Positions 11,920 through 25,604 of a DNA stretch of 64,000 bases are shown one piece after another. Location: positions 67,518,001-67,582,000 of the forward strand of contig NC_043005.1 of the NCBI RefSeq assembly GCF_006345805.1, written 5' to 3'. The stretch's first letter is position 1. Each line of letters starts with the position of its first letter. The notes beneath the pieces are model-generated. The model was given only the letters and a program-made list of their open reading frames with translations, was not told where the DNA came from and searched no databases. This DNA comes from Octopus sinensis. Lineage: Eukaryota. Position numbers and translations under genes: made by a program.

Positions 11920-12352
11920 TAAATTTGAAACCAATATTAAGAAAAAATTCTACGCTCATTTTTTATACGTCATGAAAAAGTTTAAGTCATTAACTGGTAA
12001 ATTCATAAGGATTTCAAGAGAAATGCATATACCGTATTTTAGATAAAAGGGCCTTTTACTTCATTGAAATTTCCCTACTTAGCTATAAAGCTTTATACTC
12101 TAACTGGAATAATGTTCTATGATTATGATTTCTGTTTTTAGCTGAAGCACTCGAGAGCATGTACTTATGGTATTGGTATTTTCACTAGAATTAAGAGTAG
12201 CAATGTAGTAATGTAAAAAAAGATCACTACGTGAAATGGGTATGCAGTTATTTTAATTCTGTTACTTTAATTTATTTCGAGTGCTTCAATCAGCCTTATA
12301 GAAATACCGTATATACCAGCGCTTACTATATTTTTAGATATATCAAAATATT

Positions 12353-12378
12353 TGCCCCTTGTGGGTAATAAAGAAATA
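12353..12378 (+). mobile_element. 26-bp 5'-truncated SINE-tail insertion with 17-bp TSD
   Basis: tgccccttgtgggtaataaagaaata flanked by agatatatcaaaatatt at 12336-12352 and 12379-12395. Confidence 0.75.
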
Positions 12379-13489
12379 AGATATATCAAAATATTGATTT
12401 GAAATTTTGGTACAAGGCATCATTTTTCAGGAGGGGATAAGACAATTACATTGGTCTCAGTGTTCAGCTGGCAATAATTTTATTGACCTCGAAAGGATAA
12501 AAGGCTAAGTCTACCACTGTGGCATTTGATCTCAGAACTTAAAGACGGACGAAATACTGCAAAGCATTTTTCCCGGCGTGCTAGGGATTCTGCCAGCCCA
12601 CCGCCTCAATGTATCAAAATATTGCCCCGCATTTCAAGTGGGAGACTTAGTGCTGCAGACTAAGGAACAAAAACAATTGTTGTTAATGATAAAAACAAAA
12701 AATATTGAAAACAAGTCACATTATTAGATTGTTAGAACGAACGTACGAAGCATTACTTAAGGTACATCAGTAGTTCTAACTCCTTCCAAAGCACACATAA
12801 CCGCTATCAGGGACATATCTTACGTCATTTAATGACTGTGTTACTTTTAACACCCATTTCTTTATTATCTAAGACAAATTCTCCTAGAAAGATGAAAGGA
12901 GTGCTAAATTTTCACCCCACTGTCAGTTCTTAGCATGAGTAGATGACAACAAAAATATAGCGATCACTACTTAATTTATTAATGATAAATGTATGGTTTA
13001 ATTCTTTATTCCAGTATGCTATCACGGTATTGTATTTACGTGCACAGAATCATATTTACTCCTACAAAACCACTTTGAAATATCTTTCAATATATGCACG
13101 ATGAAACATAGTATATGCTTTCGCACGAAATAAACTTGTCAAATATGGGTACGTCTTATGTGGGAGTGTGTCATATGCACCGGCATATACATACTTTCAA
13201 TGAGTTCTCTCAGTAAGGGATATGGGTAACGCTGCTATGAAACTGAGGTTTGGTTATTTTGTGTTTATATGTGTGCGATGTTTAATTGTGTATGTGTGTA
13301 GGTGAGAATAAATCCGGATTTAGCTGACATTAGAACATTGAATTAGGAAGACCTGCAACTTTACATAATTTAGTGTTCTCACAATTTGCTTCTGCATTTC
13401 GATGTTCAGATATTAAAAGCTAATTCAATGTACCAGTAATATATTGAATCATTGACTAATGTTTGTGCTATAGTATCATTAGTATTTAA

Positions 13490-13780
13490 TGATGATTAGA
13501 GCAGAGGACTTGCGGTCGAGGAATCGCGGGTTCGAATCTCAGACCGGGCGATGTGTGTGTTTATGAGCGAAACACCTAAGCTCCACGCGGCTCCAGCAGA
13601 AGCTAATGGCGAACTTCTGCTGACTCTTTCGCCACAAATTTCTCTCACTCTTTCCTCCTGCATCTTACAGCTCACCTGCGACGGAAAGGCGTCCTGTCCA
13701 GGTGAGGAACCTATACGCCAAGGAAACCGGGAAACCGGCTCTAATGAGCCAGGCATGGCGCGAGAAGGAACAAACGACAT
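13490..13780 (+). mobile_element. SINE with family A-type head and RTE-like tail
   Basis: tRNA-like head ggttagagcagaggacttgcggtcg...ggttcgaatc, with tail ...ggaaaccgggaaaccggctctaatgagccaggcatggc. A related tail occurs at 41910-42150. Confidence 0.7.
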
Positions 13781-14809
13781 TAGTATTCAGTATCAAAGAA
13801 CTGTCACCAAAAGCGTTATAACCGTGAACATTACTTCTTTTTTGTATGCCTAGGATTTCATCGGCCAATTTTTGCCTTCTATTTTAAGGCAAAAGAGTGA
13901 GATTTGAACGAATATCGTTGCTATTTCTTGCAGATTCCATACGATTTCCTTGCGACATTTTTAGAGATGAATATCTCCGCATGGAATTTGTTTCCCAGCC
14001 ATCATCTTTGTTGAGTTTTTGATTGATCGGAAATAATCCGAAGAAAAACATGAACTATGTTTTATAAATATAACACACATGTTATTAAAAATTGAACAAG
14101 ATTTACGACAAATATAAAAAGTTTAAATAAAATTTGAGATTATAAATACATTTCACGAATATACATTATGTGTGCATCTGTCCGGATGTGCCTTCTTAAC
14201 TGTAATAGAGTAGTTACAACTGTAGAGGTTTACAATAATTAAAACGCTATTAGTATACTGAACACATATTAAATGAAGTATATTGAATACAAATTTGATA
14301 GTAATCAAAGCACTTACTATATTTCTAATTACGTGAGTCGGCGGGGAGTATGAATGTTTTTATCAACCACAAATGTCTTGAATAAAACCGAGAATCTATG
14401 GAAATATTATGAATGAATGTGAACGAAAGCTAATATTTCTAAACACCACTAGCCACATATATATCTTTAAAATTGTGGTAGAATTCTTGGATCTAAAAAA
14501 AATGTGCGATCTTTCAGCAACGCATGGCTAGCATCTGTTTAATCCAACTATATGGCGGTTATCCGCTTAATTGTATGAGGTTTGAAGCTGGACTTCCAAT
14601 CACTTATACGGCTAAACGAATGAGCAGCATTATTACATCACTATTTGTTTCCAAATTCGAAATGTATAGCAAATGTGACCATAGGCGCAGGAGTGGCTGT
14701 GTGGCAAGTAGTTTGCTCACCAACCACATGGTTCCAGGTTCATTCCCACTGCGTGGCAACTTGGAAAAGTGTCGAGCCGACCAAAGCCTTGTGATTTGGT
14801 AGACGTATT

Positions 14810-16400
14810 AACGGAGGGGTATTATTTTACCCCACTTAAACTTAGATGTTCTGTTAGAACAAACTTTACTCAGCTGATACTATGAAAGGAACTCTCATAT
14901 AATGTTTTGGTGCAAAATTCACGGATTTTCTATATGTCACTGGCGGGATGACGAGACCAAGGAAGGTCGAAATAACATGTCGTGGTGGTTTCAGCGCTGA
15001 GGTTAGTGGGATTTATCTCCCCTGTTGTGATATAAACAGGCTTTTCTCTCATGGCATCTACTACAATAAAGTTTGTTCTAACATAGCATCCACGTTCAAG
15101 AGGGATTTAAATATAAGTCAGCTTCTCTTATTTCATATTCATTCGGTAGAGGCAGCGAGTACTAAATCATTAGGTTCAACTGAGCACTAAGCTAAAGAAA
15201 TTTTACTCTAAGGGGAAATGTCAACAGTAGTCTTTCGGCATTATTTTACGTGTCATCGATTTCGTATGATTGATCTGTCAATTCTTCCTATGTTTTATAA
15301 AATTTTACGTCAACATTTGTTTCTTGTACGATTGAAGTCACTTTGGGTGATTTGTAAATAATGCTTATTGAAGACATGAAAGCTTTAAATGTCACCGAGG
15401 GATACTACGTATCTGTGCAACTCAATGATATATTACAATGCAGTTCTGTAGAAGTCGGAATATGTTTCCCTAAAGAGTCTTTTATACTTTCCGGTGATCC
15501 AATTTTGTTTCCCAGAAGCAAACGCTGTATTTTGATGTACGCGAATCTATTAAATACGTGCTCGGGTGCTCGGTCTGTTAGTATAAGAATAAATTATGAA
15601 ACCATTTGAATGTTCAAAGTGGTCACTTTCTATAGTCACGCCTTTAAAACACTGATTGTGTAACTCCACGAAGATCTTCTGACATATATACAACTATAAT
15701 AGGTATTTATCTCCTCCTGATTATACTTCTAAAGAGTCGTATAATATTTCAGGCAGAATCTTTCCCGAAGATCAATCTACATAATAGATATTTCTCCAAG
15801 TTTCATTAGCCAGAAATCTATTTCATTGATGACTACTCATACATCATTTGAATGGGTTTGGTATAATTTCTTGCCTTTTAGTCTATACCTTACGCTTGCA
15901 ATATTCCGATTTATCAATGACTTCATTATTGCTAAATTACCTGCTATTGTTCTTACGAAGACGATATAAATGTTTATACAACCGATATGTCAACGTCTGA
16001 TAAATGTTTGCTGCAATTGATACAACACTGGTCAAATACAATATCGAAATTAATGCTTCCAAGTCTCAATTCTGCGTCTGGCTGGCAAGTTCGTTGCATG
16101 AGGTATATTGTCAGATTTAAAGGCATCAAGCGGATCGCGATCGACTTCAAAATGTAACACATTCTTTATTTCCTTTTGATTTTGGCCGCTTCCGTCTTAT
16201 GTTGGGGGCTCTGTAATACGATTGTAATTTATTCAAAATTTTGTGGGCTGCTAAAAATGTTCACATGTGCCTATTTCTCTATTTCACTGGATCATAAATT
16301 TCTTTTGTTCATTTTAGTTCTGATAAAGATTAGTAGTGCGATACAGTATTCGTACTAACAGTTACCTTACGATATTATAAAAGCAATAACATACCTCATG
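14810..16400 (-). mobile_element. piggyBac transposase remnant
   Basis: Decayed minus-strand motifs in the expected order: EISI..IDLRERFCLKYY (cf. SIDE..I.FRGR..KQY), NTAFASGK, FY(N)K-IGRIDRS (cf. YNKHMGGVDRSD), then a C-terminal region. Many stops and frameshifts. Confidence 0.45.
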
Positions 16401-16599
16401 GTAACTCCTTTCTTTGCTATTCTATTATAAAGCGACCCGACTCGGCGAGAGAATGCTTGCACTCAACCTCTACGCGTTCGCAGAAGTACGTGATTTAATA
16501 CGTAATGCTTGAATTGTTATACAGAGACCATTCGATTTCTCGTGTGTGATTCGCAGAAATCCACGAAACGAAATTTGTCTGCATATTTCTGGAACAACG

Positions 16600-17500
16600 T
16601 AGATATGTCTGTTGCGTTAGATGGTATACTCGTGACAGCATCATTTTACCCCAGCACAATAAAATGCTTTCTATAAACTTCTACATTTGTCTCATGTCAG
16701 TAGCAAAAAGATGACGCCGTCATCTTGTTTTATCTATTTGATGCTGTATACATATCTAACACAATGGTCCAAAATTTCTTTCCAGTATGTTCACAAAATT
16801 CGCAATCTTGTTTCAAAAGGAACTCATTGTCCATTATGATTTAATGTTTCGAAACATGTGCATTTTGTCAAATAGTGTTCTTTCCTTTGAAAATATTATG
16901 CAATAAGAATTACTGATTCATTCCTTAAGTGGCCATGGGTATATCTTTTAATTATACTAAGAGCTGCTTCTACTGGTATCGCCTTACGATGAACGTTCAG
17001 TGAAGACGATATTTCAACGGTCCTAACAATAGATAATATAACAGATTTTACTGCGTAGTTGGTCAAATGATATTCAGTGCATGCAATTCTCATTGAATTA
17101 CATCCACATTCCTACAGTCAAACAATAGTTTTATAAAATCGTTTAAGCCTGTGATAACTTCCATGCAGCCAATGACTTCGCAGGAAGTCGAGAGCTTGGG
17201 TGGCGTGTTTCTCTTATACAATCGGAATTTCTAGCATTCAATAGGGACAGAAAAATCTATCACTTTTACTAAGCAAGAGGCCTCGACAATCAAACATGCA
17301 ATATTTTGATTTTCCCGAAGTACTGTTCTCCCATACAATTAGTGACACTTCTGTATGCTACTTTGTTCGAAAAGTATAAATGTCACACATTACATATTCC
17401 AGATATCAGTCACATCTCTTTTTATGGAAGGCATATTCAAATTTTAAGTTGAAGCTTAAATTTCAATAACACAATATTGGACGATTCTTCAGAAAAGCTT
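16600..17500 (-). mobile_element. ISL2EU/Harbinger-like (DDE_Tnp_4-type) transposase remnant
   Basis: Minus-strand LFDCRNV, TNYAVKSVILSI and IANFVNILERNFG (cf. IDC.EI, SNYK..NTVK.LI, IAN.RIHVERVIG). Confidence 0.35.
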
Positions 17501-18049
17501 ACTTCAAAAAATCTTTAAAAACACATTAACCTAACACGTATCTAACCCAAATAACTTAAATATACCTTACTCACTCCAAGTGATACGACTACGAGTTATA
17601 TACCCGTACGACTACGGGTAATTTGAATGAAGAAGAAAAAACAAACGCTCAGGAATATATGCAAGAACCACTAGATATAAGACAGCACTATAGTTCAAAT
17701 TCTGCGGAGAGTGACTTCACCTTTCATCTGCTCGTGGTTGATAAATTAAGTACCAGTTGCACAATGGGGTCGATCTAATCGACTGGTCCCCCTACCCAGA
17801 AATTTCGGGCCTTGTGCCTAGTGTACAAACGAATAAGAAGACACTTGCCCAAAATCCCACGCACTGGGACTGAACCTGTAACCATGTGGTCGGCAAGCAA
17901 GCTTCTTACCTCACAGCCACGCATACATGTGTGTGTGTGTGCATACACACATATAAACATATATGTATGCATGTAGACATGATTGTTGCATCAATAATTC
18001 TAAGTAAAATAGTTATGTGAAGGTACTTTAGCAAGGACACGAATGCTTT

Positions 18050-19200
18050 TTGTTTTCTACATGACAGCACAACCAAACAAAACCACTACTCTTTGCTTTG
18101 AAGAGGAGGGTGTTAAGAGAATTCCTATCGCATTTATGAAGTCATTGAATGTGTGAACGCTTAACAACAAATAGTAGATAAAATTTCTTTGAAAATATTG
18201 GAGCACAGAACTATCGCAAGCTCTTGAAGTGAAAAAAAAGATATCCATTACTGTAGGAAAGATAACATTACAAAACAAAGCATATGATAGTATAGAAGGA
18301 ATTGGTAAAACCCATTAATTAGTACAATCTTACTACGTGGGATTAATAATTATCCCTATAGATTCTACACATGTACTGGTAATCATTTTCCAAATGTATG
18401 CATCAGATCCAAGTTACAACGTTGATATGTCTAAGGAATTTTTTGACGAAAAACAAAAGCAAACCAGATAACAAGAAATAGCTCTAACATGGTAATTGAA
18501 GATTTCATCGCTAAACTAAAAGACAAATACTAGAACTAGCCAAATGTTATAGGAAAATACGGTGTTTAAAAAGAAACCGAAAAAGCAAGGAAGTAAATAG
18601 TCTTGCAGCAACAATAACTTTTTGCAGCTGTCAACGAAAAGATGGGTTACAAGATTTTTGCTTGATATCCGGATATTCTGTAAGATATGCCATTGTTCTC
18701 TGAAATGTGGAAAGTAAAGCTAAAAAATACGGAGCAGGTTCTGGTCATTTTCTGCTCGTGGCACATTTCAAAATCACAAGAGAAAGTAAAAATATACATA
18801 TACAAAAGCATATGATGTTAAGAAAATAGCTGAATAAGGCTTCGCACAAATGCTTGAAATCCTCAGTTTGCAATGTATGTTATAAATGAAGTGTATTCCC
18901 ATTGCAAAGAAACTGCAACTTAAGAGAACAGCTTGAAAACTAGGAATCAAATAACGTACCTGCCATCAGAGAAAGATATATAACTCGAACATGTATGAAG
19001 AGTTACGACAGAAATTTTAAAGAATTGAGACGGCGTTGTTAAATTTAAATGATACAAAACAAAACAAGATTGAGCTCAGCCGTCAAAACAACCATCTAAA
19101 TACAAAAAAATAAAATTTTACAGGAAACTGTCTTCTAAAATAATTAGTGTTACATCCTTTTCAAGTCAGTTCATGAAATGGAAAGAACGACAAAGTGAAT
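18050..19200 (+). mobile_element. RTE-type LINE AP-endonuclease/ORF2 remnant
   Basis: VIIFQMYASDPSY...EFFDE and MVIEDFIAKL (cf. IIQVYAPT..., GDFNAKVG). Confidence 0.45.
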
Positions 19201-19687
19201 ATAGAATAAAATAAAGACAATGCTGTTAGCAAACACACAAACACAACTGAAGTATTTCAATACTGGAAACAATATTTTGAACATCTAAACACTGAATAAA
19301 TTCGCAATTTGGAAGAAATATCAAATATTCTTCATGATTTATTTGATGTGGATATTCATACATAAATAACAGAAGAAAAAAAGAAACAGGACAAGAATTA
19401 GTAGAAAGTGCAGGTAACTGTAAAGACTCCAGTATACTTGCAATGTGTTGTGAAATACTACAGTCAGGGAACACATGGTAAATATATTACATGCAATAGA
19501 ACATACGAGACACAAAATGTGGGCTTGCATGCTGATAACAACGACAAGCAAAAACCTGAGAGCTAAAAACCTGAGAGCATACTGGTTAAAATGTTCAGTA
19601 GAATTATTCTAAACAGAATAGGAAATAAAGCCAAATTAAAACCGAAGTAGTAATAGGATAGAGTCAGTTTTTATTGTCAGACATATT

Positions 19688-20073
19688 GGAAGCACTCCGT
19701 CGGTTACGACGATGAGGGTTCCGGTTGATCCGAATCAACGGAACAGCCTGCTCGTGAAATTAACGTGTAAGTGGCTGAGCACTCCACAGACACGTGCACC
19801 CTTAACGTAGTTCTCTGTGATGTTCAGCGTGACACAGAGAGTGACAAGGCCGGCCCCTTGAAATACAGGTACAACAGAAACAGGAAGTAAGAGTGAGAGA
19901 AAGTTGTGGTGAAAGAGTACAGCAGGGATCACCACCATCCCCTGCCGGAGCCTCGTGGAACTTTTTATGTGTTTTCGCTCAATAAACACTCACAACGCCC
20001 GGTCTGGGAATCGAAACCGCGATCCTATGACCGCGAGTCCGCTGCCCTAACCACTGGGCCATTGCGCCTCCAC
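19688..20073 (-). mobile_element. SINE with family A head and a third tail type, 12-bp imperfect TSD
   Basis: Head identical to family A. TSD gtcagacatatt (19676-19687) / gtcagatatatt (20074-20085). Confidence 0.8.
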
Positions 20074-22216
20074 GTCAGATATATTATTGTAAAAGCAAAA
20101 GAACAAATGGCCTTACACTTCAGTTTCATCGCCTTTAATGGCGAAATCTAATGAAAGATAATATGGAAAGATGATATCAGTAGTATAGCAATGTATATCA
20201 CAAGTCTATACGCACCAGGCGATAACTGAAATTTAATTCTCGTGATACATCTAGCAAGTAAAATGGATCATTCACAGTCTACAATATCAGAAAAATTTCT
20301 TACGTGTCATCTCAGGTACATACCTATATGAGACCATGACTGCTCTGCAACCAGAGTATTAGTTTCCAAAAGCGGAGATATAAACTTCGAGAACACTTCA
20401 AGAAATTGCTACGATCTACATCCATAACGTTAGATTTACGGTCAATAACAATGTCAGGACAGTATTCAATACAGCTTTTACTTTTAAAGATATTTCTTCC
20501 GAGCAAAGTCTCCACTACAAAAGAACATGACTATGAACTGGGTGGGTTTTATTCTACGCGGTTGTTTCATGAAATACAACATTGTGAACAACCAGCATCT
20601 AAAATTAAGGTTGGAGGAAATTCCTATTCTATGTAACTACAAAGAAATCAGGAAAAGTTTATCAATCCTGCGGGGACAGGAGGAGCTTCCAAGTTAACAG
20701 ACAGGCAACAACACTGTAAGTTAAAACAACTGGAAGAATCTTCGCATATAATGGTCTCTGATAACTTCAACAGCAGGTCTAATACGAAGGTGGACACTAT
20801 GTAGAGAGTCTAAAAGCGCGATAAACTTCAGGTCATAAAATAGTTGCCTTAAGCACCTTGTTTCCATTTAGTACTTACTTGCCCCCTACGACTATGGCGT
20901 TGTGAATATAAATATTGATTGATTAAATGTTACACGCTGCAATTTACCTGCCGGGTATAAGTGTTTCGATCTTTGAATCTAAATACATACTCGTTTAATC
21001 AAAACGGGAAAGCAGTATCAACGAGAATAAATATCACAATAACAACACATAGTATACAACGGAATACTAGCATTCTAAATCTTTTTATTGAAAAGTGTTG
21101 CATTTAGAAATTCCTAGAAATTCTTCTACTTGTGAATGGAGGATCGCGTGACTGTTGAAAGGTTGTGAAGATGAAAATCAAGATGAAACCACTAGTCTCA
21201 ATATATCAGATGCATATTAATAATTGCTCATCTGATATGAGATGTTTAGAGTTTCTCTATCCACCTGCATCGTTTCTGGATAATTTATGCATTTGTCTTG
21301 TGCCAGATATATGCGTTAGTTAATACGTGTAATTGAATATAAGTTTCTTTACATGTGCTTTCGTGTCTACGTTTCTGTATGTATTGTCATGTTATTAGTA
21401 TGTTATATGTGTTTTATTTTTTCTGATTTTGCTCTCTATAATCTTGTCAATAAAATTCCTGGACGCATTTCCAGGCAGTGAACACCACTCCCAAGATCAA
21501 AAGCAAATAAGATTTTCAATTCTCTATATCTGGATGATTCTCTAATGTAAAGAGTCAAACTTCAGATACAGCATCGAATCAATCAGCAAAATATAAGAAA
21601 CACATCACATTACTTTCAGTTGATTACAACTGGAGAAGACATCGGTCATAAAACATTCCTTGAGAGATTTCTTTTATCTCTCTGACAATCTACCTAAGGT
21701 CATCAAATACTTTAAGGTTTATAAATGTTACCGGAATAATTGTTTTCCCATACCCACAAATCATCATTTTCAGTAGGCTATAATCATTCGCAGAATAATA
21801 TTCTTCAATTCACACATACATCATTTCCCAAATACGCTCAGCAAACTGATAAAAAGACCATCTGTAATCCATTTAAGAAGGGAAAAAATCATCTCATCAC
21901 GATTCACAACGCACGCATGCGTGCATCCTGGTGCAAATCAGAACAGGTATATCCATATTACGTCATAATGCACATATTTGTACATATGTATGTGTGTGTG
22001 TATGCGAATGTCTGTTTCTCCTGCAGGAAGCAGTAATCACACATAAATATATATATGTATATACATAGTATACAATGTGTGATTGAATATATATATATAC
22101 AGGCACACACATACATACACACACGCACACGTACACACACGTGTTTATGTGTGTGTGTGAGGTAGGTTAACGTGTGAGTTTGTGTGTGTGCCTGTGTCTG
22201 TGTGCGTGTGCATGAG

Positions 22217-22247
<31 letters not shown>

Positions 22248-22282
22248 TCATGCACACGCTCACAAGCACACACACACTCACA

Positions 22283-22360
<78 letters not shown>

Positions 22361-22425
22361 ATATTTCGGAATGGTCATATTGCCAGTTTAGCCAATAAAA
22401 ATCTTGCACAACAAATATTTAAACG

Positions 22426-22490
<65 letters not shown>

Positions 22491-23425
22491 GTACGAGAAG
22501 ATCTTCGAGTCGATCGGTTGATGGGTTTCTGCATCTGGAATATACATTGTTTATATACATCTGCATATGTGGTATATTATTATATTCGCATGCACGCTTG
22601 ACTGCGAATTCTAATTAATACTAGAAAGATGGCTAACTTTGCCTAGCAAACAAAATATTGTATTGGCAGCCAATTTGTTGCAGTGTATGTTTATGCATGT
22701 TTTATATTGAATTATAAGGAGACCATGCTCGTATGATTTGTTTACGTATATGTCTTGTATATCTGAACATGTTATTTTCTCAGTTTCTTGAAGTATGCAT
22801 GCATGATTGTATAAGTCAGGATGTATTTTGTTATTTATAGATACGCACATGCACACACAGACACACATGCATACATACGTACATACACGCATTCATACAC
22901 ACATGTATGCATACATGCATACATTCTTACGTACAAACATACATGCATATATATATATACGTACATACATACTTACATAAATACATACATACATAAATAC
23001 ATACGTAAATACATACATACATACATACTTCGTTCTTGTATATGGCTTACAAAACGCTGGGCAGGAATTCGTTTTGAAACAAATCTTGCTGTGCCTTCGT
23101 AGGATAACTACGCCAGTAATACTAAACACACGCACTGGTTCAACATCACTTCCTACATCTGAGTTAATCGATTCAATATCTAACCAACTAACTAATCGAT
23201 CGTTTGTTAAATGTGTTGGTTGAACATTCAATTGATTGTTTCTTTGTCATACTCCCTTCGTCTCTATTCATAATCTCATTAAAGACATACCCTCTCTCTT
23301 CAAGCTCTGCTTTGCGTCTGATAATTACTCTTATGCCTTTGTGTACGTACGCTTGCATGTGTGTATGTAGATGTGCCATGCGTACAGGATAAGGGAATCG
23401 TGAGATTAATCGAAGAGTATGTGTA

Positions 23426-23637
23426 CGAGGAAGTACTGAAAAGTTCCTGGCTTTAAGGGTATCACGAAAGCTTGGTTGGAGGCCCAAACTTCCGAGATCT
23501 CTTACAGGGCTTAGAAAACAGGACTGCAGCAATAGCTGCGAGAATCTGAAAGGGGAATATATTGGATAAAATAATAATTAATTGATCCTCCTGTATTTTC
23601 TTTTGCATAAAGCCATGAAGTTTTCAGCACTCTCTCA
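23426..23637. mobile_element. Mariner-derived MITE
   Basis: TA-flanked ~30-bp TIRs: cgaggaagtactgaaaagttcctggcttta / taaagccatgaagttttcagcactctctca. Confidence 0.75.
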
Positions 23638-24244
23638 TACTTGGGGGAGTATAAGGACAGGAAACAGTTGCCCATACTGTAGTACCATGCCAAAGATCAA
23701 CATGGTGGTATTAGGTGGATCAAATTACCACCGAAATTTTGTCTAAACATCCGAGTGGACCTTCAACAAAATGACCGAACCATTAAAGAGGTCGCAGATA
23801 ACCAAGGCACGCACTCGCAAATGTAGAAACACACATTACAGGTAGGCACTCATGTGTACACGCAGAACCACAAGCAGACCTATGCACACACTTACACTTC
23901 GTTTACTCCCTCCTTTCCTTTATCTTGTAAGCACGACGCACCTATACATACACATACAAACATACATACCCACAAGTAGAAGAGTGATTCTCTGACAGAT
24001 TCAAGACAGATCCAGAAGAGAGAAATCTAGTCATTAATAAGGTCACGAAGAACGATGAAAGGGATTTGATAAACAAACAACCCATTAAATATCAAAACTG
24101 ACACATAAAACAAACAATCGATTTGTTTTTTGTTTAGATATTTAACTGATCAGCTAACAATAAGGAAGTGATATTGAACCATCGTTTGTACTTGTTATTA
24201 TTCGCAAAACATGATGCATACACACACACATACACACACAAATA

Positions 24245-25119
24245 CAGGGTGCGTGAATATAGTGTCGTCTAAATTACGCCAAAATGAAAATAACACTGAC
24301 ATCTCATTTTACCAGATATATTTACCAAAATTACATTAAAATATTTTAAAATACGAAAGAGTAACTTTATTCAATAAAATCGCCATTGGTTTCAACCACA
24401 GCCTACAGAAGACTTCAGAATATTCTGCTACTCTTCTGGACGGTCTCTTTCTTTGAGTTGGTGAATGTTACCATAATCCTTGCTTTCAGTTCATCTTTGG
24501 TGTTACAAATACTTTTGTTGGTCACTCGCTTAACTGTGTCCCACACATAATAATCAATGAGGTTGCAATCTTGGGAGTTAGGTGGCCAGGTTTTAGGAGT
24601 AATGTGCTTGAAGAAATTGTCCGACAGCCATGACTGGGTTCTCCTGCTTGTGTGGCATGGTACAGAGTCCTGTTGCCAGTCATAGAGTTTTCCAGCAGTC
24701 ACCCTCACCAGGCAGTACTGGCTCCTCCGGGCACTTGATATAGGCCTCCGTGTTGCGTGTGAGGCTGTGTGGGAGGATGAATAACGCCGCTATCACAAGT
24801 GGTCACTCCAAACATCATGATGTTGACTGGATGTTTAATATTTATCACTCTCGGTACATGTTCTCAGGTTACACTGTCACCAGATTGACACCCAAACACT
24901 CTGAAATGTTCGTACTGCAGCTTCCGGCACGAATGCCAAGCAGTGCAGCATGTCGTTTCCAAATTTCTGGCAGAGGGAATTGCGTCATGGTGGTGTTTTT
25001 CTCACAGACGGTACTCAACTGACCCTACTATACTGTGTAGTCAAATAAATCAAAAATAAACGATGCGCAAACGCGAAATTATAAATAGAAAATGACGTCA
25101 ACTTACCTATCGCAACCTG
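24245..25119 (-). mobile_element. Non-autonomous maT/DD37D-like element (same family as 3247-4784)
   Basis: TA-flanked TIRs. ORF 24415-24708 reads WQQDSVPCHTSRRTQSWLSDNF...WPPNSQDCNLIDYYVW...NTKDELKARI. Confidence 0.85.
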
Positions 25120-25125
25120 TATGCG

Positions 25126-25157
<32 letters not shown>

Positions 25158-25200
25158 TGTATGTATGTATGTATGTATGTATGTATATATATATATATAT

Positions 25201-25385
25201 GTATGTATGTATTTATGTGTGTATATATATATATAGTCAAACCTATGTTAGCAATGAAAACAGAGGTTATGTGAAAATGATGATGACAATACATTTGTGT
25301 ATATATATATATAGATATATAATATGCATATATATGAATGTTTATATGTATAACTATTCGTATATTTATACAAATTTACATATGT

Positions 25386-25431
<46 letters not shown>

Positions 25432-25604
25432 TTATGTGTGTATATATATATATAGTCAAACCTATGTTAGCAATGAAAACAGAGGTTATGTGAAAATGAT
25501 GATGACAATACATTTGTGTATATATATATATAGATATATAATATGCATATATATGAATGTTTATATGTATAACTATTCGTATATTTATACAAATTTACAT
25601 ATGT

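Larger units (their letters stand above)
10830..12606. mobile_element. Cluster of family C tRNA-derived SINEs (approx. 10830-11043 -, 11065-11268 -, 11294-11501 +, 11502-11919 - dimer, 12410-12606 -)
   Basis: Repeated head ggcggcgagctggcagaa and body gtcgactttgcctttcatcctttcggggtcgataaaataagtac. Further copies lie near 7370-7562, 8790-9000, 9320-9530, 17700-17830, 29870-30265, 30680-30845, 43740-44170 and 48580-48780. Confidence 0.85.
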
